Of a stretch of DNA of 42,166 nucleotides, positions 1 to 8,904 are shown one piece after another (positions within the stretch are counted from its first letter, which is position 1; each line of letters starts with the position of its first letter). The stretch lies in the sequence record SRR2962707_624, one strand, 5' to 3'. The position numbers were made by a program, and so were the translations under genes. The notes below the pieces were generated by a model. It did not search any database. It worked only from the letters and a program-made list of their open reading frames with translations, and was not told the DNA's origin.

Positions 1-26
1 ATGACCCGGACAAGCCGGGTCATGAC
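1..26. repeat. Palindromic intergenic repeat (REP-like), probably truncated by the window edge
   Basis: ATGACCCGG-ACAAG-CCGGGTCAT is a perfect 9-bp stem followed by GAC. It resembles the CCGGG-ATGAC end of the element at 11687-11792 and lies just past the LuxR stop codon. Confidence 0.65.
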
Positions 27-44
27 GAGTTTGGGGGGAGGCGT

Positions 45-857
45 TTAATCCCTCGTACCCACCAATCCGAGTTGCGCCGCGATGGCAACCGCGTGCGGCC
101 GCGTGCGCGCGCCGAGCTTCGCGACCACATTGTCGAGATGATAGCGGACCGTGGTCGGACGGATGCCGTTGCGCGCTGCAATCTCGGCTTCTCGCAGGCC
201 TTGCGCCGCAAGCATCAGGCAATCGCGTTCGCGCGGCGTGAGGGAGGCGCGGTCTCCCTCGCGGGCGGCGCTTCGTTTCGCGAGACGGTCCTGAAGCGCC
301 GTAAAGGCGTGCCCCGCATAGAGCAATTGGGGCGCGGCGGCCTCGATGATCGCTTCCACCTCCTCAAGCGATTGCGGCCCCGCAAAGCCGAGCATGGCGG
401 TGCGGGCATGGGGGAGCCGCACGGGCACGACGAGGACGGCGTTGAAGCCTTCCGCGCGCATCATGCCCGCGACCTGCTTCTGCTCGCCGCTATAGGGCCG
501 GCGGTGGCGGCGGTGATCGTCGTAGAGGCTGATCGCGAAGGGGAGATGCTCGAAGCGGCAGCGGATGTTGAGCGGCATGCGGAGCGCGATACCGCCCTCC
601 CAGAGCGCGGCGACGATTTCCGGCGGCCAACCCTGACGGCGGAGGAAGGCTTCGGCAGCAGGCTCATGCAGCGGCGAGGCGACATCGCCCGTCCAGATCG
701 CGCGGGGCATGGCGATGAGGGCGGAAAGCTCAGCCAGCGCCGCCTCTGCGGCGGGGAACGAAGCCGCCTGCGACAGCGCAAGGGCCGCCGATTGCAGCGC
801 CGCGGCATCGAGCGCCGCGCCGCCCTGCCGCCTGTTTTTCGCCTGTCTGACGGCCAT
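45..857 (-). CDS. LuxR-family transcriptional regulator with degenerate autoinducer-binding-like N-terminal domain
   Basis: C-terminal LTPRERDCLMLAAQG...EIA...TVRYHLDNVVAKLGARTRPHAVA is a LuxR HTH. The N-terminal region has GWP..PF..VPV spacing reminiscent of autoinducer-binding domains. Confidence 0.88.
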   Translation of the reverse strand: MAVRQAKNRRQGGAALDAAALQSAALALSQAASFPAAEAALAELSALIAMPRAIWTGDVASPLHEPAAEAFLRRQGWPPEIVAALWEGGIALRMPLNIRCRFEHLPFAISLYDDHRRHRRPYSGEQKQVAGMMRAEGFNAVLVVPVRLPHARTAMLGFAGPQSLEEVEAIIEAAAPQLLYAGHAFTALQDRLAKRSAAREGDRASLTPRERDCLMLAAQGLREAEIAARNGIRPTTVRYHLDNVVAKLGARTRPHAVAIAAQLGLVGTRD

Positions 858-1004
858 TTCCGGACCCTGCAGTTTTCGAGGGGACGCGGCTTCTTTTATA
901 TCCGATATTCCAGAACGGGAAAGCGAAGTTGGGCTGCTGGACCCTGAGTAAAGGGAGGGCTAGCCTCGCCTTCCCTGTCTGAGGCCAGAACGGACCCCCA
1001 AAGC

Positions 1005-2729
1005 ATGCAGCGCGACCTCGAAGCCATGAGCGCCACCGAGTACGACCTCGTGATCGTCGGAGGCGGCATCACCGGCGCGAGCACGGCCTGGGACGCGGCC
1101 TTGCGGGGCTTGAAGGTGGCGCTGCTCGAAAAGGACGACTTCGCGCATGCGACGACGTCGGGCTCGTCGAAGCTCGTGCATGGCGGCTTGCGCTACCTCG
1201 TCAACGGCGAGTTGAAGCTGGTGCGCGAGTCGCTCCGCGAGCGGCGCATCTGGGAGACCGTCGCGCCGCATATGGTGCATCCCCTGCCCTTCGTGCTGCC
1301 GACCTATGGCTGGGGCATGAAGGGGCCGTTCGTGCTTGGCATCGGGCTCGCGCTGTACGACCTGCTTGCCTTCGACCGCAACTGGCTCAGCGACGACGAC
1401 AAGAAGCTGCCGGGCTTTCGCCGCGTCTCGAAGGGCAAGGCGCTCGACCTGATGCCCTCGCTCCGCCGCGAGGGACTGACCGGCGCGATGATCTACTACG
1501 ACTGCCAGATGTTCGCGCCGGAACGGCTCTGCCTCGAATGTATCGAAGGCGCGGTGGAACAAGGCGCCGACGCCGCGAACTATGCCGAGGTGACGGGCTT
1601 CACGACCGAAGCCTCGATCAAGCGCGGCGTGAAGGTGACGGGCGTGACGGTCGTGGACGGGCAAACCGGCGCGACGCATACGATCAGCGGCAAGGTGGTC
1701 GTGAACGCCGCCGGGCCGTGGGCCGACAAGACCATGGCGCTGGCTGACGACACGCCCGCACGGCGGCTGATCCGCTCCAAGGGCATCCACATCATCACGC
1801 GCGATCTCTCGGGACATAATGCACTCGCCGTGCAGTCCAGCATCGGCGGGCATTTCTTCGTGATCCCGTGGCGCGGCCATACCATCATCGGCACGACCGA
1901 CACCGTGTTCGAGGAAGACCCCGACGAACTCGGCGTGACGGAAAAAGACATCGAGGATTTCCTGCGCGTCGTGAATGACGGACTGCCGGGGCTGAACCTC
2001 ACGCGCCAAGACGTGATCCACTTCTATGCCGGCATCCGCCCGCTGGTCGACACGACGCCGGAGGAAGTGCCCGGCGCGGAGACGAGCGGAGAAAGTGCGA
2101 AAGAGGCGGAGAAAAAGGACAGCTACAATGCGAGTCGCGCGGCGGAGGTCTATGACCACGCGCCGGAGGAGGCAATCGACGGGCTGATCTCGGCCATCGG
2201 CGGCAAGTGGACGACATCGCGCCACCTCGCCGAACAGGTGGTGGACCTGACGCTGAAGAAGCTCGGGCGCGAGGCGAAATGCGAAACGCAATGCACGCCG
2301 GTCTATGGCGGCGACATGGCGCGGCTGAAAACCTATGTCGAGCGCGCGCAAAAGCGGCACAAGCACCTGGCGCCGGACGTGGTGGAGAACCTCGTCAATT
2401 TCTACGGCAGCCGCATCGACGAAGTGCTGGCGACGGCGGATGAGCGGCAAGGCGAGCGCGAGGCGTTGCTGAAACGGCTGGCGCCAGAGAACCCGACTAT
2501 CGGCGCGCAGGTTGTGCACGCGGTGCGGCACGAAATGGCGCTGCATCTGGACGACGTGATTTTCCGGCGCACGGGACTCGGCACGCTTGGCCATCCGGGC
2601 GTGCCCGCGATCAAGCAGGCGGCCGAATTGATGCGCGCCGAGCTCGGCTGGGACGAGACGGAACTTGCGAACGAGATTTCCGGCACGGTGCGCCTCTTCG
2701 AGACAATACCGGGGAAACAGGGGGGATAG
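1005..2729 (+). CDS. glpD: FAD-dependent glycerol-3-phosphate dehydrogenase/oxidase family protein
   Basis: Motifs IVGGGITG, TTSGSSKLVHGGLRYL, VVNAAGPWAD, SKGIHI, GIRPL, GGKWTTSR and RRTGLG. Confidence 0.92.
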   Translation: MQRDLEAMSATEYDLVIVGGGITGASTAWDAALRGLKVALLEKDDFAHATTSGSSKLVHGGLRYLVNGELKLVRESLRERRIWETVAPHMVHPLPFVLPTYGWGMKGPFVLGIGLALYDLLAFDRNWLSDDDKKLPGFRRVSKGKALDLMPSLRREGLTGAMIYYDCQMFAPERLCLECIEGAVEQGADAANYAEVTGFTTEASIKRGVKVTGVTVVDGQTGATHTISGKVVVNAAGPWADKTMALADDTPARRLIRSKGIHIITRDLSGHNALAVQSSIGGHFFVIPWRGHTIIGTTDTVFEEDPDELGVTEKDIEDFLRVVNDGLPGLNLTRQDVIHFYAGIRPLVDTTPEEVPGAETSGESAKEAEKKDSYNASRAAEVYDHAPEEAIDGLISAIGGKWTTSRHLAEQVVDLTLKKLGREAKCETQCTPVYGGDMARLKTYVERAQKRHKHLAPDVVENLVNFYGSRIDEVLATADERQGEREALLKRLAPENPTIGAQVVHAVRHEMALHLDDVIFRRTGLGTLGHPGVPAIKQAAELMRAELGWDETELANEISGTVRLFETIPGKQGG

Positions 2730-2732
2730 GCC

Positions 2733-3695
2733 ATGAGCGGGAGAGGAATGCCGCATATCGCTGCGGTGGTGAACCCGCGTTCGGGCGGCGGCCGCACGGG
2801 TCGCGCCTGGCGCGTGATTTCCGAAACACTGGAGAAGCAGCTCGGGCCGGTGCGTGCGCATTTCACGAACGCGCCCTCGACCCCGCATTTCCTGCCCGCC
2901 ACCGAACTGACGCGCAACGCGCTGAAGGACGGCGCGCAACTCGTGATCGCGGTCGGCGGCGACGGCACCATCGACGAAGTGGTGAACGGTTTCTTTGAGC
3001 ATGGGCTGGCCATCAACCCGGAAGCGCATCTCGCGATCCTGAACGCAGGCACCGGCGGCGACTTCCGCCGGACCTTCGATCTGCCGGAAGACGCAATCGA
3101 AGGCGTGAAGCGGATCGCGAGCGGCAATGCGCGCAAGATCGATCTCGGCCGCCTCACCTTCATTGCCGGGGACGGGCAGGAGACGGACCGCTACTTCAAC
3201 AACATTGCGAGCTTCGGCCTGTCGGGCGAAACGGTGCGCGCGGTGAACAACGCGACATGGCAGAAGAGCTTCGGCGGCAACTTCACCTTCACCTGGGCGA
3301 CGCTGATGACAGCGTGGCACCACAAGCCGCGCGCCGTGCGCATCGAAACCGACATGGGCTTCGACAAGACAGTGAATATCGGTCTTGCGGCCGTCGCGAA
3401 CGGACGCTTCTTCGGCAGCGGCCTCAAGGTGGCGCCGGACGCGGAACCCGATGACGGGCTTTTCGATCTCGTCGTGATGCGCGATCTCGGTTTCATGGAT
3501 CTGCTGAAGGGCGGCGGCGACCTCCGCGAAGGCACGCATATCAACGGCCCGAAGGTGGAAGTGGTGCGCGCGCGCAGCGTGACGGCGACGCCGATGGGGC
3601 CGGAGCCGGTGCTGATCGACGTCGATGGCGAGGGGCCGGGACGGCTGCCCGCACGGTTTGAAATCCTGCCCGGCGCGCTGACGCTCCGGTGCTGA
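2733..3695 (+). CDS. Diacylglycerol/lipid kinase (YegS/DgkB family)
   Basis: Motifs NPRSGGG, GGDGTIDEVVNG, GTGGDF, NGRFFGSG, DDGLFD and DVDGE. Starts 3 nt after the glpD stop. Confidence 0.92.
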   Translation: MSGRGMPHIAAVVNPRSGGGRTGRAWRVISETLEKQLGPVRAHFTNAPSTPHFLPATELTRNALKDGAQLVIAVGGDGTIDEVVNGFFEHGLAINPEAHLAILNAGTGGDFRRTFDLPEDAIEGVKRIASGNARKIDLGRLTFIAGDGQETDRYFNNIASFGLSGETVRAVNNATWQKSFGGNFTFTWATLMTAWHHKPRAVRIETDMGFDKTVNIGLAAVANGRFFGSGLKVAPDAEPDDGLFDLVVMRDLGFMDLLKGGGDLREGTHINGPKVEVVRARSVTATPMGPEPVLIDVDGEGPGRLPARFEILPGALTLRC

Positions 3696-3724
3696 CAAAA
3701 AGATAAAGAACGGGAGAAACGAGC

Positions 3725-5395
3725 ATGACCATCGACCGCGGCACGCTGCGCTGGAACGGCTGGGGCCCCGTACGCCAGGAAAACCCGCTGCCGGGCGATG
3801 CACCGCAATGGGGCTGGATCGAGGAGACGCTCGGGATGTCGCGCCTGCCCGCGACACCCGCCGTGATGCTACATGACATCCGCCTGCCGCATTGCCGGCT
3901 GAGCGACGCGCAACTCGGCAAGCTGCGCGAGATCGTCGGCGAGAACCAGCTTCGCACCGACGATTACGAACGCGCCTTCCATGCGCGCGGCAAGAGCTAC
4001 CACGATCTTCTCTATGTGCGCGCGGGCAAGCTCGACATGGCGCCGGACGCCGTTGTCTATCCGCGCAGCGCCGACGAAGTGCTGGCGGTCGTGACGCATT
4101 GCGCGGAGGAAGACATCGCGCTCATTCCCTTCGGCGGCGGCTCGTCCGTCGTCGGCGGCATCAACGCCGTTTCGAAATCGCTCGGCGGCGCGATCCTGAC
4201 CCTCGACACAACGCTGCTGACGCGCATCATCCAGATCGACAAGGTGTCGATGACGGCGCGGATCGAGGCGGGCATCTACGGGCCGCAACTCGAAGAGCAG
4301 TTGCAGGGCCACGGCGTGACGCTCGGCCACTATCCGCAGAGCTTCAACTATTCGACGCTCGGTGGCTGGATCGCGGCGCGCGGCGCAGGCCAGCAGTCGA
4401 ACCGTTACGGCAAGGCGGAGAAGTGGCTCGTCTCGGCGAAGCTCGCAACGCCCAAGGGCTTCTGGACGACGGAGGCAACGCCCGCTTCGGCGGCGGGACC
4501 GAATTTGAACCAGCTCGTCGCGGGTTCGGAAGGTACGCTTGGCGTTATCGTGGAAGCGACGGTTAAAATCCACGACCTGCCGGAGCGCAAGGATTATCGC
4601 GGCTACCTGTTCAAGAGTTTCGCGGCCGGAATCGAAACCGCGCGGCGCATCAACCATGCGGAAGTTCCCGTGGCGATGGTGCGCCTGTCGGACGCGCCCG
4701 AAACCTATTTCTTCCAGACGTTCTCCTCGTCTTCTTCGGGCGGCCTCAAATCGAAATTGCAGCGCGCCTATCTGAAAATGAAGGGCTTTGATGAAGCGCC
4801 CTGCCTGATGCTGGTCGGCCATGAGGGACCGAAGGACACCGTGATCTGGGCGCAGGAGCAGACGGAAGAAATCTGCAAGCGGCAGGGCGCGCTCGCGCTC
4901 GGCACGGGGCCCGGCAAGCGCTGGTATCACGGCCGCTTCGACAGTCCCGCCGTGCGCGACCCGATGATGGACCGGGGCGTCGGCATCGACACGCTCGAAA
5001 CCTCGACGCGCTGGTCGAACATCGCGAAGCTGCACGACAAGGTTGTGGACGCGATCGACTCTGCGATGGCGGCGAACATGCCGGAGCAGCACGCGCGCGG
5101 CATCGTGATGGCGCATGTGAGCCATTCCTACCCGGACGGCGCGAGCCTCTATTTCACTTTCATCTTCCCGCGCCAGCTCGACCGCGAGGTGGAGCAATGG
5201 CAGGCGATCAAGCGCGCCGCCTCCGACGCAATCCTGATGAACGGCGGCACGATCAGCCATCACCACGGCGTCGGCGCGGACCATGTACCATGGCTCGCCG
5301 AGGAAAAGGGCGCGATCGGCATGTCGATCCTGAAGGCGACAAAGCGCGAGATGGATCCGAAGGGCGTGATGAACCCGGGGAAGCTGCTGGGGTAG
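3725..5395 (+). CDS. FAD-binding oxidoreductase, alkyldihydroxyacetonephosphate synthase (ADPS/AgpS)-like
   Basis: Motifs WNGWG, PFGGGSSVVGG, LGHYPQSFNYSTLGGWIAARGAGQQSNRYG, GSEGTLG, HVSHSYPDGASLYF and the ADPS-type ISHHHGVG triple-His motif. GGAG RBS upstream. Confidence 0.9.
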   Translation: MTIDRGTLRWNGWGPVRQENPLPGDAPQWGWIEETLGMSRLPATPAVMLHDIRLPHCRLSDAQLGKLREIVGENQLRTDDYERAFHARGKSYHDLLYVRAGKLDMAPDAVVYPRSADEVLAVVTHCAEEDIALIPFGGGSSVVGGINAVSKSLGGAILTLDTTLLTRIIQIDKVSMTARIEAGIYGPQLEEQLQGHGVTLGHYPQSFNYSTLGGWIAARGAGQQSNRYGKAEKWLVSAKLATPKGFWTTEATPASAAGPNLNQLVAGSEGTLGVIVEATVKIHDLPERKDYRGYLFKSFAAGIETARRINHAEVPVAMVRLSDAPETYFFQTFSSSSSGGLKSKLQRAYLKMKGFDEAPCLMLVGHEGPKDTVIWAQEQTEEICKRQGALALGTGPGKRWYHGRFDSPAVRDPMMDRGVGIDTLETSTRWSNIAKLHDKVVDAIDSAMAANMPEQHARGIVMAHVSHSYPDGASLYFTFIFPRQLDREVEQWQAIKRAASDAILMNGGTISHHHGVGADHVPWLAEEKGAIGMSILKATKREMDPKGVMNPGKLLG

Positions 5396-5437
5396 CACGC
5401 GCTCACTTCAAAACAAGATTGTTTGAGAAGCGGCGCC

Positions 5438-7123
5438 TCACCCCGCCCTCACCATCTCCTTCGCCATCTCGATGGCGGACGCGAAATCAGGCGCGCGGGT
5501 GACGCGGGACAGCACGCCCATGTCGCCGAGAACCTTGGCGGGCTGCGGCTGGAGCGCGGTGACGATGACTTTGGTGCCGTTGCGCTCGCAACGCTCAAGC
5601 ATGGTTTCGAGGGCGGAGACGCCTGTGGCGTCGATGATGGGCACAGCGCGCAGCCGCACGATCAGCACTTTCGGCGTTGCGCCTATCCGGTCGAGCGTTT
5701 CGCCGAGGCGCATGGCGACGCCGAAGAAAAACGGCCCGCGAATGAGGCTTGCCGCAACGCCCGGCGGCAACTCGTATTCCCGCATGGGCACGAACTCGCG
5801 AGGGCTCGTGTCGCTGACATCCTCCTCGACCAGATGCAGATCGGCCTGCACTTCCACCGCTTCCGACATCCGGTGCATGAAGAGGACGGCGGCGAGCACG
5901 ACGCCGACCTCGATGGCAACCGTCAGATCGACCAGCACGGTGAGCGCGAAGGTGATGAGGAGGACGGCCCGGTCGCCGAGCGGCGCGCGCATCATGTGAC
6001 GGAACTTGTCGATCTCCGACATGTTCCAGGCAACGACGAGCAGCACGGCGGCGAGCGTGGCAAGCGGGATATAGGCCGTGATCGGCCAGGCAAACGCCAT
6101 GAAGCCGAGCAGGAAGACGGCATGCAGCATGCCCGCGACGGGCCCGCGCGCGCCTGCGCGAATATTCGTTGCCGTGCGCGCGATGGCGCCGGTGGCAGGG
6201 AGCCCGCCGACAGCGGCGGATGCGCAATTCGCGACGCCCTGCGCCACAAGCTCGCAATTCGAGCGGTGACGGCGGCCCGTCATGCTGTCGGCGACCATGG
6301 CCGACAGCAGCGACTCGACGCCCGCGAGAAAGGCGATGGTGAAGGCGCTCGGGAAAAGCGTGACGATCCGCTCCATGGACAGTTCGGGAAACGCAGGCAA
6401 CGCGAAGGAGGGTTCGAGCCCGGCGAAGCGCGAGCCGATCGTGTCCGTCGGCAGGGCGAAGAGCCAGACGAAGAAGGAGGCCGCGACAACCGCGATCAGG
6501 AAGCCCGGCCAGTTGGGGCGCTTGCCGCGCAACCAGACGATGAGCGCAAGCGAGGCGAGCCCGACGACGAGTGTCTCCGGCGTGAGACCGGGAACGGCGC
6601 TCGCGAGCGCGCCAACCTTCTCGATGAATTCCGCCGGTTCATTCGCAAGCGAGAGGCCGAGGAAATCCTTGATCTGGCTCGTCGCGATGATGACCGCGAT
6701 GCCGGCGGTGAACCCCGTGACCACGGGCTCGGGGATATATTTGATGAAGGTGCCGACACGAAGCAGGCCCGCGCCGATCAGCAAGAGCCCCGCCATCGCA
6801 CTTGCGATCACGAGGCCGTCATAGCCATGAACCGCGATGACGTTGAAGACGACAACGACGAAAGCGCCGGTCGGCCCGCCGATCTGGAAACGGCTGCCGC
6901 CCAGCGCGGAAATGAGAAAGCCTGCGATGACGGCGGTGATGAGGCCCTTGTCGGGCGTGGCGCCGCTTGCGATGGCGAGCGCCATGGAAAGCGGCAGCGC
7001 GACGATGGCGACGGTGAGGCCGGCGATGAAATCGCTGCGGAAATCGGCGAACCTGTAGCCTTCCCGAAGCACGGTGACGAGCTTCGGGATGAAAAGCTGC
7101 GACGGTGATGTTTTCCCGCTCGT
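5438..7123 (-). CDS. SulP/SLC26-family anion transporter with C-terminal STAS domain (start codon uncertain)
   Basis: Motifs AGLTVAIVALPLSMALAIASG, QIGGPTGA, ELVAQGVAN, ATGAIARTATN and STAS GPFFFG...IDATG. Candidate in-frame starts are ACG 7123, GTG 7072 or ATG 7216. Confidence 0.9.
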   Translation of the reverse strand, partial: TSGKTSPSQLFIPKLVTVLREGYRFADFRSDFIAGLTVAIVALPLSMALAIASGATPDKGLITAVIAGFLISALGGSRFQIGGPTGAFVVVVFNVIAVHGYDGLVIASAMAGLLLIGAGLLRVGTFIKYIPEPVVTGFTAGIAVIIATSQIKDFLGLSLANEPAEFIEKVGALASAVPGLTPETLVVGLASLALIVWLRGKRPNWPGFLIAVVAASFFVWLFALPTDTIGSRFAGLEPSFALPAFPELSMERIVTLFPSAFTIAFLAGVESLLSAMVADSMTGRRHRSNCELVAQGVANCASAAVGGLPATGAIARTATNIRAGARGPVAGMLHAVFLLGFMAFAWPITAYIPLATLAAVLLVVAWNMSEIDKFRHMMRAPLGDRAVLLITFALTVLVDLTVAIEVGVVLAAVLFMHRMSEAVEVQADLHLVEEDVSDTSPREFVPMREYELPPGVAASLIRGPFFFGVAMRLGETLDRIGATPKVLIVRLRAVPIIDATGVSALETMLERCERNGTKVIVTALQPQPAKVLGDMGVLSRVTRAPDFASAIEMAKEMVRAG

Positions 7124-7145
7124 GGCCCCGGCCCCTTCTTGCGCC

Positions 7146-8732
7146 TTATTCCCCTTCGACGAGTCTGCGAAGCTCCGCCTTCGCGATCTTTTCGAGCGTC
7201 GAGCGCGGCAACGCATCGACAATCCGAATGTCGCGCGGACGCTTGAAGTCCGCAAGGCCCTTGGTGCAGGCTGCGTCGATCTGCGCAGCGAGATCCTTTG
7301 GCGCTGACGCCTCACCGCCCGGCACGAGAACAAAGACGACAGGCACTTCGTCGAGCATCGGATCGCTTTTAGCGACAACCGCGCATTCCTGAATGCCGGG
7401 CACCGTCATCACCACACGCTCGATCTCGGAGGCGGCGACATTCTCACCGCCGACTTTCAGCATGTCCTTGTCGCGGTCGGCAAAGGAGATGAAGCCGTCC
7501 TCGCCCAGCGTCACACGATCGCCGGTGATGAAGTAGCCCTGATCGTCATAGGTCTTCGCGGTCGCTTCCGGGTTGTTCAGATATTCAAGGAAGAGCGAGA
7601 GGCCGGGCACGCCGCGCACGAGGAGGTTTCCCGTCTCGCCGGGATCGACCGGCACGCCGTCATCGTTGAGGATCGCGATTTCGTAGGAGGTCGCAGGCTT
7701 GCCGATGGACATGGGCCGGTTCGGCAGATGAATGTCGCCCACGATGCCATGCGTGATGGTTTCGGTCATGCCCCACCAGCCGATGGTCTTGACGCCGAAA
7801 TATTCATCCGTCGGCGGCGCGGAAATGCCGTTGCCCCAATAACGGTAGGAATGCGACTGCGGCTTCTCCTGCCCCATCAGCGCGCGGACGCAGAACGGCA
7901 CCATCGATGTCCATGTGCAGCCATGGCGTTGCGACACGTCCCAGAAGCGCGAAGCGGAAAAGCGCGGCTGGAGAACGACCGTCGCGCCGACCCAGAGCGC
8001 GGCGAGAATGGAATAGGACTGCGCGTTGGTGTGAAAGAGCGGCAGATAGGTGAGATGAACATCGCTGCCACGCAGGTCTTCATGCATGGCGCAGAGCTTC
8101 GCGCCCCAGAGCGCGTTTGCATGCGTCCAGACGACGCCTTTGGGCCGCGAGGTCGTGCCCGATGTGTATTGAACGCCGACGGGCAGCATCGGATCGGCGG
8201 GCCGCATCGGCACGTCGGCGATGTCGCCGTAAAGCGCGGTGAAGCTTTCGGATTTGGGCGGACGGTTTTTCTCTTCCGGTTCGGCGCCGTTATCCGTTTC
8301 GGTGACCGCGAGCCATTTGATGTTCTTGCAGGACAGTGCCACGAGCGTGGCGAAGCGCGGCTGCGTAATCGCGCCGACAACTTCCGCATGTTCGCTGAAA
8401 TAAACGAGGTCGTCCTCGACGGAGCGCGCATTGGTGGTGACCGCGACGGCCCCGAGATGGGCGCAGGCATACCAGGCGATGAGGCTTTCGGGACAATTGT
8501 CGAGATGGATGAGAACGCGGTCTCCGACTTTCACGCCGCGCTTCTTCAGCCCCGCCGCGACCTGTTTCGTCTCATGCTCGAACCGCGCATAGCTCCAGGT
8601 TTGCGGCGTGCCTTCGAACGGCTCCCAGATCAGGAACGGATGATCCGGCCGCGCGGTGGCGTGGACACCGAGAAGATGCGGCACGTCGAAATTCGAGAAC
8701 GGATGAATGAGCGGCGAACGCAGCGCGGGCAT
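7146..8732 (-). CDS. AMP-binding acyl-CoA ligase (CaiC-like)
   Basis: Motifs YTSGTTSRPKG, LPLFHTNA, WGMTE, TGD, GGENV and PRSTLEKI. GGAGAGAG RBS before ATG at 8732. Confidence 0.92.
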   Translation of the reverse strand: MPALRSPLIHPFSNFDVPHLLGVHATARPDHPFLIWEPFEGTPQTWSYARFEHETKQVAAGLKKRGVKVGDRVLIHLDNCPESLIAWYACAHLGAVAVTTNARSVEDDLVYFSEHAEVVGAITQPRFATLVALSCKNIKWLAVTETDNGAEPEEKNRPPKSESFTALYGDIADVPMRPADPMLPVGVQYTSGTTSRPKGVVWTHANALWGAKLCAMHEDLRGSDVHLTYLPLFHTNAQSYSILAALWVGATVVLQPRFSASRFWDVSQRHGCTWTSMVPFCVRALMGQEKPQSHSYRYWGNGISAPPTDEYFGVKTIGWWGMTETITHGIVGDIHLPNRPMSIGKPATSYEIAILNDDGVPVDPGETGNLLVRGVPGLSLFLEYLNNPEATAKTYDDQGYFITGDRVTLGEDGFISFADRDKDMLKVGGENVAASEIERVVMTVPGIQECAVVAKSDPMLDEVPVVFVLVPGGEASAPKDLAAQIDAACTKGLADFKRPRDIRIVDALPRSTLEKIAKAELRRLVEGE

Positions 8733-8848
8733 GTCTCTCTCCCCGGAATGTTTTCTGGCTTTCCCGTCATATATCCCATGCGCGCCGCGCATTCCATTGC
8801 TGCCCCGGGACTTCTGACCATGGGTCAGCGGCGGGACGCCGCGCGCAC

Positions 8849-8875
8849 AAAAAAGGCGGCGCACATGCCGCCGCC
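8849..8875 (-). terminator. Rho-independent terminator downstream of the esterase gene
   Basis: The minus strand reads a GGCGGC/GCCGCC stem followed by TTTTTT, about 30 nt past the esterase stop at 8905. Confidence 0.7.
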
Positions 8876-8904
8876 TCTCTTGCCGGTTTCGTGGAAGACC
8901 TGAT

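Noticed and set aside
960-3857. 965-aa minus-strand ORF and other long antisense ORFs (for example 3869-5398, 5423-7108, 11986-14019, 20630-22168, 27697-29136, 35499-37199)
   Set aside because: They lie opposite genes with clear family motifs, are Arg/His-rich and have no motifs. They are typical shadow frames of high-GC coding DNA.
5438-7123. SulP transporter as part of the sulfotransferase system
   Set aside because: It is about 9 kb away and co-oriented with an acyl-CoA ligase. SulP proteins often carry bicarbonate or carboxylates, so there is no evidence of linkage.
7146-7378. Long N-terminal extension of SulP overlapping the CoA ligase, or a ligase-SulP fusion
   Set aside because: The extension is a low-complexity alternative frame of the ligase 3' end. 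The ligase ends normally with its own stop, and no slippery site was recognised.
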